Positions 18,410 through 27,687 of a DNA stretch of 64,000 nucleotides are shown here, piece by piece (the stretch's first letter is position 1; each line of letters begins with the position of its first letter). The stretch lies in the NCBI GenBank assembly GCA_027487145.1, contig JAIYEC010000070.1, positions 4,477 to 68,476 of the forward strand, given 5' to 3'. The notes beneath the pieces are model-generated. The model searched no databases and was not told the DNA's origin. It saw nothing but the letters and a program-made list of their open reading frames with translations. The stretch comes from a bacterium (GTDB lineage: Bacteria > Patescibacteriota > Minisyncoccia > Phycocordibacterales > UBA918). The translations under genes were made by a program, and so were the position numbers.

Positions 18410-21400
18410 TTATTTATTTTTTGTTATTGAGAAAATAAATTGTTCAGTATCAGTCGCTACCACTTCCCCATCAGTATCAGCGAAGATAAGTTCACTTGCA
18501 CCAACTGTCTTTACCAGCATGTCGTGATAGGTCTCAATGGCAGTTCGGCCAGGATGTGAAGTACTGATGGTAAGGACAATTGCATCCTGGGGCGCAAGAC
18601 CTTCGGTCTTGCGCCGTCCCTGCACTGCTCGCATCAGTTCACGCACATTTCCTTCGGCAATAAGTTCTGGGGTAAGAACAGTATCAATCGAAACAGCATC
18701 TCCAACGATGTACTTCTTGGCATTCATCTCATCCAAAACAATTATTCTCAGTTTTTCAGAAATATCAGAACCGGTGACACTCATGATAGGTTGTCTTACC
18801 TTAATATTTGCTTTTGTTCGAGCATCAAGCGCTTTCGCTACGATATCTCGCACAATGTTCATGTCTTTAATTACTTCTTGTGGGACCAGGGATGTCTCTG
18901 GCCACTTTTCAAGATGGACGCTCTCTGTATCACTATCCTCTTTTACCTGCTGCCACAGGTACTCGGCGTAGAATGGCATCACTGGAGCCATTACTTTAGC
19001 AAGATCTCTGAGGACATAACGAAGAGTTGCAATTCCATTAGTCCTATCATCTACGTTATCCCCCTTTAGCCTGTCCCGACTTCGTCTGAGGTACCAAGTT
19101 GAGAGATCATCAATGAAATCTGTGATTGGTCGGACGGCTTTATCAAGTTCATAGCCCTTGTAGCCTGCAGTCGATTCGTTTACAAGTTCTTGTAAACGAA
19201 TGAGTATCCATCTATCAAGAATATTCGTAGAAGTAGTATCAGCTTTTGTACCATCCCTTACCATCTGAAACATCTCAAATACATTATGTAGCCGTCCGAT
19301 ATTCTTGCGCTGTAGTTCGAGTACTTCTTTTTCTGAGAAGTTGAGGTCTTCTCCCTTTACAATCGGGGCTGAGAGCAGATAGAAACGCATAGCGTCTACT
19401 CCGGTACGATTGGCCAGCTCCATTGGGTCGGGGTAGTTTTGGAGTGACTTACTCATCTTCTTGCCATCCTCCGCGAGTGTGAGTCCATTTACCACTACAT
19501 TCTCAAACGGACTCTTTCCAAAAAGTGCTACTCCAAGAACAATCAATGAATAGAACCAGCCACGGGTTTGGTCGAGTCCTTCAGCAATAAAGTTGGCTGG
19601 GTAACAGGTTTTGAGAAACGCTTCAGGATTTTCTCCCATGAAGTGATGCTGAGCGTACGGCATCGATCCACTCTCAAACCAACAGTCAAACACATCTGGC
19701 ACACGTTCGAGCTGTACGCCATTTTCAAACAACGTAATGTTATCGATGTACGGACGGTGGAAGTCGAGTTCAAAGTGGTCGTTGTGTGGGAAAGGTGTGA
19801 AATCAATCTCGTGGAGACTACCAGTTTTAATATCACCTTCGGTATCCCAGCCTTTGACAATATCTTTATCAGAGACTCCTTCAGCTCCCCACTTCAAAAG
19901 GCGAAGTGGTAAACCATGTGAGACAAACAAAATATTTTTGCCTTGGTGTTTTGCTTCAACCTCAAATAGTACTTCGAGCATTCGACGCTTAATCTGCTGC
20001 CAACTTTCTCCACCCTCTTGATGAGCTGTCATTTTCTTATCTGGGGGGAGTCCGTCACGATAGGCATACCATTCTTCAACCGGACGACCCTCTAATACTC
20101 CGCCTTCATTTTCACGCAATCTCTCATCGACGATTACTTGCTCAGGAGAAAGACCAAGTGTCTGTGCTACTAACGCGGCCGTATCTTTCGTTCGCTTAAG
20201 TGGCGAGACATACACAAGATCGATTTGTTTATCGGCTAGTTCAGTGATAGTGGCTGCTACCTGCTCCTTCCCTCTTTCAGTCAGGGTATATGGATCTGAT
20301 GGAGATGAACTTAGAATGTGGTTGATGTTATGTTCTGCCTCACCATGACGCATCATGAAAAAGCGGTTGTTGTTTTTTGGTACATATGCCTGAAGTTCAG
20401 CTAGTGATCCGAATACCTTATAAGACTTCGTTTCAGGATTTCGCCAGATCGGAAGCGGTGCACCCCAATAACGCTGACGAGAAACCGCCCAATCGCGAGC
20501 TCCCTCAAGCCACTTCCCAAAGCGATTGCTTCCCACATGGTCTGGGACCCAATTCACGGTATTATTTGCTGCAAGCAAATCATCTTTAATGGCTGGAACA
20601 TTAACGAACCACGATGTAGTCGCGTAATTAAGAAGTGGTGTATCACAGCGCCAACAGTGCGGGTAGCTGTGGGTGATATTTTCTTTTTTTACAACCACTC
20701 CCTTGGCCTGCAAAAATCGCAACACTTCAATGTCGGTATCTTTATGATCGACCTCCGCTTTATCGTCGTCCTTTGGCTTCACCAGACGACCGGCAAAATC
20801 GGTGACGAAGTCTTTAAAGCGCCCTGCCTCATCAACGTGATGGAAGATTGGTACGCCATGGGCTTGAGCCAGCTTCATGTCGTCATCACCATAGGCTGGT
20901 GCAATATGTACCGCACCAGTACCGTCCTCTCCTACTTCGACATAGTCAGCATGACGAATAACCCAACCGTTCTCAGCTCCTTCAAGTTGCTGTTCTTGGA
21001 TATACGTAAATGGTGGCTGGTATCGCTTTCCAACTAAATCACTTCCTTTCATTTCTTCTACCACCTCGTGAGCGATATCACCTAGTTGGGCTAGTCGGCC
21101 TTTGGCTAAGATGTAATATTCACTCTCAACTTTTACCTTTACATAGGTAATGTCGCTATGCACCGCAGCTGCGATATTTCCTGGCAGGGTCCATGGCGTA
21201 GTCGTCCAAACAAGGAGACTCGTGTCAGTTGCATTACCTGAATCATCTAAGAGTGGGAGCTTCACAGTCACGGCAATATCTTTGATGTCTTTGTATCCTT
21301 GGTTTACTTCAAAGTTAGAGAGCGTCGTCCCACAGCGTGGACACAAGTGCATAGTCTTGAACCCTTCAAATACCAATCCCTTATCATGAAGTGACTTAAA

Positions 21401-21931
21401 CACCCACCACACACTTTCGGTATAGGTACTATCCATCGTCTTGTAGTCGTCAGCCATATCAACAAACCGACCCATTCGGGGAATAATCTCTCGCCAATCG
21501 TCAGCGTAGCGCATCACTGCACCGCTCGCTTTTTCGTTAAAATTCTTCACGCCGTACTCTTCGATGTCACGCTTGGTACCAAGTCCAAGTTCTTTTTCTA
21601 TCAGGTTTTCAAGTGGCAAACCGTGACAGTCCCACCCCCACTTTCGTGCGACCTGATAGCCATTCATCGTCCAAAAACGCGGAATAGCATCTTTGATGGT
21701 TCCAGCCAAAATATGCCCATAGTGTGGTAGACCGGTGGCAAAGGGTGGTCCATCATAAAAAACAAATTGTCCTACCGGCGCGGCGCCAGCTGGTGTCTCT
21801 AACGTCTTATTAAAAATATCTCGCTCTCGCCAAAACGTGAGCATAGCTTCTTCACGAAGTGCAACGTCACTTTTTGGGACATCAGACACCACTTCAACTG
21901 TGTCATTTTCACGACCATGTATTTTGTTCAT
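18410..21931 (-). CDS. ileS: Isoleucine--tRNA ligase (type 2-like) with inserted histidine-phosphatase domain
   Basis: DGPPFATGLPHYGH, WTTTPWTLP, SRQRYWG, DQTRGWFYS, KMSKS; insert with RHGE..SPLKRT..LRE..SHG. Confidence 0.96.
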   Translation of the reverse strand: MNKIHGRENDTVEVVSDVPKSDVALREEAMLTFWRERDIFNKTLETPAGAAPVGQFVFYDGPPFATGLPHYGHILAGTIKDAIPRFWTMNGYQVARKWGWDCHGLPLENLIEKELGLGTKRDIEEYGVKNFNEKASGAVMRYADDWREIIPRMGRFVDMADDYKTMDSTYTESVWWVFKSLHDKGLVFEGFKTMHLCPRCGTTLSNFEVNQGYKDIKDIAVTVKLPLLDDSGNATDTSLLVWTTTPWTLPGNIAAAVHSDITYVKVKVESEYYILAKGRLAQLGDIAHEVVEEMKGSDLVGKRYQPPFTYIQEQQLEGAENGWVIRHADYVEVGEDGTGAVHIAPAYGDDDMKLAQAHGVPIFHHVDEAGRFKDFVTDFAGRLVKPKDDDKAEVDHKDTDIEVLRFLQAKGVVVKKENITHSYPHCWRCDTPLLNYATTSWFVNVPAIKDDLLAANNTVNWVPDHVGSNRFGKWLEGARDWAVSRQRYWGAPLPIWRNPETKSYKVFGSLAELQAYVPKNNNRFFMMRHGEAEHNINHILSSSPSDPYTLTERGKEQVAATITELADKQIDLVYVSPLKRTKDTAALVAQTLGLSPEQVIVDERLRENEGGVLEGRPVEEWYAYRDGLPPDKKMTAHQEGGESWQQIKRRMLEVLFEVEAKHQGKNILFVSHGLPLRLLKWGAEGVSDKDIVKGWDTEGDIKTGSLHEIDFTPFPHNDHFELDFHRPYIDNITLFENGVQLERVPDVFDCWFESGSMPYAQHHFMGENPEAFLKTCYPANFIAEGLDQTRGWFYSLIVLGVALFGKSPFENVVVNGLTLAEDGKKMSKSLQNYPDPMELANRTGVDAMRFYLLSAPIVKGEDLNFSEKEVLELQRKNIGRLHNVFEMFQMVRDGTKADTTSTNILDRWILIRLQELVNESTAGYKGYELDKAVRPITDFIDDLSTWYLRRSRDRLKGDNVDDRTNGIATLRYVLRDLAKVMAPVMPFYAEYLWQQVKEDSDTESVHLEKWPETSLVPQEVIKDMNIVRDIVAKALDARTKANIKVRQPIMSVTGSDISEKLRIIVLDEMNAKKYIVGDAVSIDTVLTPELIAEGNVRELMRAVQGRRKTEGLAPQDAIVLTISTSHPGRTAIETYHDMLVKTVGASELIFADTDGEVVATDTEQFIFSITKNK

Positions 21932-21959
21932 ATATAAAACTAATTAATGTATATCAGAC

Positions 21960-22100
21960 ATTCCTAAAAGTGCTATGCCGGCGAACTTCGCTCATCACAC
22001 CACTTTTAGAGCTATGGTGTATCAGACCACGTTCAAATAGTACCACCCTTTCTAGATTTGGGAACCTTTTAGATACTTGTGTTTATGAATGCTTGCATTA
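21960..22100 (-). promoter_or_regulatory. T-box-like leader of ileS
   Basis: Minus strand AAAGGG-TGGTA-CTAT..ATAG-CTCT antiterminator-like fold, overlapping a competing hairpin CTAAAAGTG/CACTTTTAG; no canonical Stem I seen. Confidence 0.55.
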
Positions 22101-22164
22101 CCAAAAAAGAAGAGTATTATCGTCAGTCGCACTACATCACTTGATACTTGCAGGGGGACAAACC

Positions 22165-22632
22165 ATGGCAAATACTCGTAAACGTAAAGATGTTCTTTGT
22201 ATCCGCTGTTCAGACAGTCGTAGTCGACTGCCGAGAAAGCTCCGATTTCTTCAATGGTTTAACTGGCTGCCGTGGCTGCCGTTTGTCTCAGTACATGAGA
22301 TCCGTAAGCCTGGTGGCGTAACAAATACCTACTATCGGGCTCGCAACACCAAACAGGAATTGCCGCTAGAGAAGTTTAAAGCGCTTCTGATCGAAAACAT
22401 CGATGTGATGGTGAAGATTAAGGATGTGAACGAAATTGTGATCATTTCTCACAATCTTTGCGGCGCGGCAGATGCTCTGGGTTTTACCTGTGAGGATACT
22501 CTCCAATCAAATATTGACTTCGTTCAAAAAATCAAAGAACTTTATCCCACAGTTAAGATCACGGTACTGCATGAGACTCATTCGGCGTCTGGACTCTGGC
22601 ATTACGGACATCGTCTAGTCCTTACATTGTAA
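22165..22632 (+). CDS. Beta-carbonic-anhydrase-like protein
   Basis: CSDSR..HNLCG Zn ligand pattern; GGGGGA SD before ATG 22165. Confidence 0.7.
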   Translation: MANTRKRKDVLCIRCSDSRSRLPRKLRFLQWFNWLPWLPFVSVHEIRKPGGVTNTYYRARNTKQELPLEKFKALLIENIDVMVKIKDVNEIVIISHNLCGAADALGFTCEDTLQSNIDFVQKIKELYPTVKITVLHETHSASGLWHYGHRLVLTL

Positions 22633-22762
22633 GGGTTTCACCATGATGCCAAGGCGGCGCAGCAATGCGCCGCTCTTTTTCTTTTACCTATCCCCCGAAT
22701 CTATCATTACATTGTTGCCATGACTCACTTTGAGGAGTATCATGCGCATCTAAAAATTACAT

Positions 22763-23170
22763 ATGTCAGAAAATAATCAAAATGGTCTTGCTATCACGTG
22801 CGTTGATGCTCGCCTGCACCGTTATTCAATTACTCCGCAAGTTGCAGCGTTACTCGGTGTCGATAATGTGTACGTTCGAACATTAGTCGGCCCAGAATCA
22901 CGCATTTTAGGGGGTGAGCAAAGTGTTCACTTGCAATCACTCCGTTTATCAATGACCGATCTTGTACCACTAAAGAACATTAAAAAAGTAGCTGTTATCG
23001 GTCATTGTGATTGTGCTGGACATCCAGTTTCAGATCAACAACATGAAAAGGACTGTGTGTCTGTTATCACAGTATTACGAGAATTTTTTCCGGAACTTGA
23101 GTTTGTACCAATGATTGCTAGTGAGGCTGAAACTGAAAGACCTTGGAACGTTAGAATAATTGGCTCGTAG
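22763..23170 (+). CDS. Beta-carbonic-anhydrase-like protein
   Basis: CVDAR..GHCDCAG Zn ligand pattern. Confidence 0.8.
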   Translation: MSENNQNGLAITCVDARLHRYSITPQVAALLGVDNVYVRTLVGPESRILGGEQSVHLQSLRLSMTDLVPLKNIKKVAVIGHCDCAGHPVSDQQHEKDCVSVITVLREFFPELEFVPMIASEAETERPWNVRIIGS

Positions 23171-23294
23171 TTCACAATGACAGCGTATACCCAAAGGCAC
23201 ACGCTGTTTTTTGTAAAAAGAAAAAGCCGGTTCTCCCCGAAGGGAAAACCGGCCACGCCTAGGCGTATTAGTTTGAAGGGTGCCGAGAGGAGTG

Positions 23295-24737
23295 TTAACC
23301 CTCCTTCGGCTTTGCCAGCTGTAGGTGAAGTGCCTCGCGCGTACTCCAGGGACCACAGAAGCCGAGAGTGACAATCGCCACCCAGGCAGTGACCGGCAGC
23401 ACGAGTTCGAGACCAGGGATGTTCTCCTTGGCAATTACTGCTGCCAAGACGACGCCGATTGCACCAACCTGCCGAACTGAGGCGATGTATCGAGCCATTC
23501 TCATCGTGACCTGCTTGAGCGCCATGGGAATGGCAAGGCCCAAAAAGGCTGATGGGTACCTGACGAAGATCAGCAACACGGCTGACAAAACGCCAAACAT
23601 CCAGAAGTCCCAGAAGGGACCCCACTCGACAAGACTGCCGCCCAACACGAAGATGGGAGGAATGAACAGCCGTTCAATCTTCTCATCGTACGCGTGCTTG
23701 CCATGTTCGAAGTGTTTTTCAGCCACGAGTATGAGCCCGGCCCCAAAACACCCAAGGAAGACGTTGCCACCAAGCCAGCTCGTCAGACAAAACGCCGCGG
23801 CTTGTGCAAGCACAAAAGCCCAGATGTCGTAGAAAACTGCATCGGAAGCCTCGGTGGACTCTTCCTCGTTCGGTTCACTCTTGCTCTTGAGCTTGAGAAT
23901 ATCCCGAATGGTGGCATCGTTACCCTGCACTTCGATTTCGCGGAACACTTGAAGGATGTACAGGGCCAAAGCCCCAGCAAAGCCCCCAACGAGAGCCCAG
24001 CCCACCTTAGCGCCGAGAAAACTTGCTGACTCAGCACTGAACACAGCGCCGAATCCATCTTCATATCCCCAGACCCGAACCAGCGTACCAGTAACGGCCA
24101 TGGGGAGGAATGTTGCAAGCACCAGGAGCGCACCAGTGACATCAGTCAGTCCACTTTCGGTGAGGACAATATCCCGAGCACGAGGCACAAACCAGGTAAG
24201 AGCAACCATGATCGGAATCAGGGCTGCTGGATCTGTCGAAGCCAAGATGGCACCGGTCATAATTGCCGAGACAGCTGACACCTCGATTCCAAGAAGTGGC
24301 CCGAGGATGTAATATTGGCCGACGGCAAACAGGAACGCGGTTGCGAGCAGAGTCACCACACTGAGGAGTGAGGTCACCAGCAGGGTCTTCATGAAGTCGG
24401 AGATCTTGATGCTCAGTCCCGTTTTCAAGAGAACACTAGTGGCAAAATAGACCAGCGCACCCACAACCACTTCACGGAGTGATTCCATGTATGTTGCAAG
24501 GATGATGCCGAAGATGAGGAAAAGCATTTCCCGAGGGAAGATGGTTCTCCTTGCAAGCACGACACCAGCGATGATGCTAAACGCAATTGCGCCAAGAGCT
24601 CCCACGTAAGGAGCAACGTGCCCCTCGGTTCCCTCATGGAGACTGTGCGTGAACGCAGAGCCGAACTGGCGGAGCCAGATCGTAATGCCGACTGCGATCA
24701 CAATCAGCAGATACGGTTTGATTTTTGCAAAGCTCAT
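23295..24737 (-). CDS. Cation:proton antiporter (CPA1/NhaP-like)
   Basis: Many TM helices; GAILASTDPA and ESGLTD motifs. Confidence 0.85.
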   Translation of the reverse strand: MSFAKIKPYLLIVIAVGITIWLRQFGSAFTHSLHEGTEGHVAPYVGALGAIAFSIIAGVVLARRTIFPREMLFLIFGIILATYMESLREVVVGALVYFATSVLLKTGLSIKISDFMKTLLVTSLLSVVTLLATAFLFAVGQYYILGPLLGIEVSAVSAIMTGAILASTDPAALIPIMVALTWFVPRARDIVLTESGLTDVTGALLVLATFLPMAVTGTLVRVWGYEDGFGAVFSAESASFLGAKVGWALVGGFAGALALYILQVFREIEVQGNDATIRDILKLKSKSEPNEEESTEASDAVFYDIWAFVLAQAAAFCLTSWLGGNVFLGCFGAGLILVAEKHFEHGKHAYDEKIERLFIPPIFVLGGSLVEWGPFWDFWMFGVLSAVLLIFVRYPSAFLGLAIPMALKQVTMRMARYIASVRQVGAIGVVLAAVIAKENIPGLELVLPVTAWVAIVTLGFCGPWSTREALHLQLAKPKEG

Positions 24738-24852
24738 GGCTTTACCCCTTTTCGATTTTGATGAACTTGAGAACAGTCACCCACAAATGTGGCACCCTCA
24801 TACAGTACACAAAAAACCTTATTTGTCAAACTTTTTTTGAGCTTTTTATAGA

Positions 24853-26538
24853 TTACATCCGCTCTGGAGCTTTGATACCAAGTGTCCACAAACCATTTTT
24901 GAGGGTAGTAGCGACAGCTTTAGCGACAGCCGCTTTGTATGTAGCATATTCATCAGAGGCATCAGCGATTTTCTCATGCGCATAGAAAGAATTGAACTCC
25001 CCTGCTAGTTCAGTGAGATACCCAGTGACTTTGTGCGGAGCGCGATCAGCTAATGCACTTATGATAACGCTCGGAAATTGCGCGAGCAACTTTTCTACCG
25101 CATACGCACTAGGTGGTACAACCTGGATACTTGGAAACACACCAGCTTCTTTGGCTTTATCGAGCACTGACTGAATGCGAGCGTAGGTGTATTGCAAGTA
25201 CGGACCTGAGTCTCCTTCAAATGAGAGGGCGCTATCTTTATCAAAAACTGAGTTTTGGAGAATGTTTCCTCTAAGCGTTGCATACTTGATTGCGGCGATT
25301 GCGATGTCACGCGACAATTCCATATCTTCAAGACCACTACTTATTTTCATCTTCTCAAACGTAGCCCCAGCCACTTCGTCAATAAAATCAATTGCTGCAA
25401 TCACATCCCCTGTTCTCGAAGACATTTTTCCTGATGCAAGCCGCACCGTTCCATGTCCGATATGTTCTGTTTTAGCTGCAAGACCCGGATACACTTCCCC
25501 CATCGCAGAGAGGAGAACCTTGAAGTATTCAGTGATTTCATTTGCAGTTGAAATAACTGAGTGATCATATTGACCAAGACGTTCTTCTTTTAGTTTTGCA
25601 AGCGCAAGTTCTTTTGCTTCATAGGTCGGAAGTCCCTCCTTGTTTAAAAAGACGCGAGTATGAAGCCCTTTTGACTCGCCATCATAAATCCGAGCTCCGT
25701 CACTTTCTAAGAAGATTTCTGGATTATTAAGTACAAGCTCCTTCCCTCTTGGACCAGCTTCACTTTCAAAAAAGTACTCATCAAATTTAGTATCAACGAG
25801 CGCATAAATTGTCTCAAAGTACTCAAGGGAAACCGTTCGTCCAGCATCATAAAGCGTATTAATGGTACTGTCTTCTTTACTATATATTTTTTTATTTATA
25901 TCTCGTATCGCGAGAGCAGCCACTTCGTCTGTTTTATAGATGGTTGCACCAAGGGCATAAGCTCTCCCAAGATCTCTAGCCGAAAAAGTGCTTTCCGGAG
26001 TAAGTCCAAGCTGTTGCATCCCGTAGATGGCATGAGCCACATGAAGTCCAACATCTCCCTGATAGTTCACTCGCTTTGTGTCGGCGCCATTCATCATGAA
26101 AAGTCGGGCGATACTTTCACCCACAGCATTCGTGAAGAGATGCCCAATATGAAATTCCTTAAATGGATTTGGGTCGGTGTATTCAACCACCACCTTCTTT
26201 CCTTTCCATGACTGATTACGACCCCACGCTTCTTCATTTTGAAGAATTGTATTAAGTGTATCGGTGAAAACTTCACGAGATACAATGAAGTTAAGAAAAC
26301 CAGGACCAGCGACTTCAATCGACGCAACGTGCGGGATGGTACCTTCAAGCGCCGCGAGTAATTGCTCGGCAATTACTCGCGGCGCTTGGCCGGCTTGTTT
26401 TGATGCCGCCATAGCTACATTAGAAAAATAATCAGCGTGCGCAGATTTATCAGTTGGATAATCCACCACAAAATCTACCGCTTCAATTCCCAGGCTCTTG
26501 AGCGCGTCTGTGATAGAGTGTCTAATCGTCTCCTTCAT
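24853..26538 (-). CDS. argS: Arginine--tRNA ligase
   Basis: GPGFLNF, EYTDPNPFKEFHIGH, KMSSRTG, GPYLQYTYARI. Confidence 0.97.
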   Translation of the reverse strand: MKETIRHSITDALKSLGIEAVDFVVDYPTDKSAHADYFSNVAMAASKQAGQAPRVIAEQLLAALEGTIPHVASIEVAGPGFLNFIVSREVFTDTLNTILQNEEAWGRNQSWKGKKVVVEYTDPNPFKEFHIGHLFTNAVGESIARLFMMNGADTKRVNYQGDVGLHVAHAIYGMQQLGLTPESTFSARDLGRAYALGATIYKTDEVAALAIRDINKKIYSKEDSTINTLYDAGRTVSLEYFETIYALVDTKFDEYFFESEAGPRGKELVLNNPEIFLESDGARIYDGESKGLHTRVFLNKEGLPTYEAKELALAKLKEERLGQYDHSVISTANEITEYFKVLLSAMGEVYPGLAAKTEHIGHGTVRLASGKMSSRTGDVIAAIDFIDEVAGATFEKMKISSGLEDMELSRDIAIAAIKYATLRGNILQNSVFDKDSALSFEGDSGPYLQYTYARIQSVLDKAKEAGVFPSIQVVPPSAYAVEKLLAQFPSVIISALADRAPHKVTGYLTELAGEFNSFYAHEKIADASDEYATYKAAVAKAVATTLKNGLWTLGIKAPERM

Positions 26539-26557
26539 GTGTGGGTACAATAACGGA

Positions 26558-27649
26558 TTATTTGATCAATGTCACGGGGGAGCCTTTACCGCCGACATCA
26601 ACATAGGCTGTTGAGCGACCCAGCACCTGCCCTCTCCCTGTCTCTACGCTACACCGCCATAAACCATCTCCAACGTTACTAATTGTTGTATACCCGCGGT
26701 ACCCTCCCTTATTGGTACCAGCAATTGGATACTTGATTCTAGCTCTATCCACCCATGTTCCATTTTCATCTTTATACTCCCAGCGATGATAGATATCTGT
26801 ATGGAGCTTAGCCGGAGCATATACCCGAGCAAAACAAGAAAGGGTTGGCGCGGTTGGATGCAGTGATTCTTCCATAAATGGCAGCTGTCGCCACCACGCT
26901 TGTGGCTCAGTCACTACCCGATACACGCCTGACTCTGGCCCGGTAACACTATGAGCCATCGTGAGCTCGGTGAGTGAGAGTGGGATAGGAGGAAGCACGC
27001 CTGTGAAATACAAAATATGAAGCGTTGCATAAATAGAACCGATAACAAGAATGACGCGACGGGTATTAGCCCGCATATAGTTAGGAACAATTCGGTATAA
27101 CATCTGAATGACAATCGTCACCCACACCAAAGCAACTACACCACTCAAGACAAACATAAGATCTCCCATGGCTCCAAACACAATTGGGAGTACTAGCACG
27201 ATGTATGAAAAGAGACCGATGAAGTAGAGTGCCAAGTGATACACCAACCGATCCGACCGTTTATGTACTAACTCGTTACCAAAAATAACCGAGAGAATAA
27301 GGAGAAGAAACGGTGCACTGGTGACCCAGTCTCCACTTCGTCCGTAGAAAATGAGCATACCTGAGAGAAGACCTCCAAATGAATACTGCATCACCCCAGG
27401 CATAAACCGGCGAAGCGTTCGAGAAAATTTCTCTCCCCACCTCTCAGCCACACCGGTATAAAACAGCAAGAGCGAAATAGACGCTAAGGTTGCGTAGCCA
27501 AGAAGAATCAAGTTGTCAGTCAAATTATCAACTTGATTCAACAAAATTAAGTCAGTACAAAAACCTAGTACAAAAGAGAGCGTCAGCCAGTGCTTCTTTA
27601 TTTGTTTCTTTGCTTTTTGCCAAACGGTTGGTTGCATTCCCTTTATCAT
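26558..27649 (-). CDS. Multi-TM protein with C-terminal DUF2914-like domain
   Basis: Multiple TM helices then IYHRW..GGYRGYT..GLWRCSVET..GQVLG. Confidence 0.75.
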   Translation of the reverse strand: MIKGMQPTVWQKAKKQIKKHWLTLSFVLGFCTDLILLNQVDNLTDNLILLGYATLASISLLLFYTGVAERWGEKFSRTLRRFMPGVMQYSFGGLLSGMLIFYGRSGDWVTSAPFLLLILSVIFGNELVHKRSDRLVYHLALYFIGLFSYIVLVLPIVFGAMGDLMFVLSGVVALVWVTIVIQMLYRIVPNYMRANTRRVILVIGSIYATLHILYFTGVLPPIPLSLTELTMAHSVTGPESGVYRVVTEPQAWWRQLPFMEESLHPTAPTLSCFARVYAPAKLHTDIYHRWEYKDENGTWVDRARIKYPIAGTNKGGYRGYTTISNVGDGLWRCSVETGRGQVLGRSTAYVDVGGKGSPVTLIK

Positions 27650-27687
27650 AACAGAAGAAGCGCCAGCGTAGCTGGCGCTTCTTTACA

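Noticed and set aside
21859-22164. N-terminal extension of the 257-aa ORF
   Set aside because: Overlaps the ileS start and leader; the SD and CA motifs support ATG 22165
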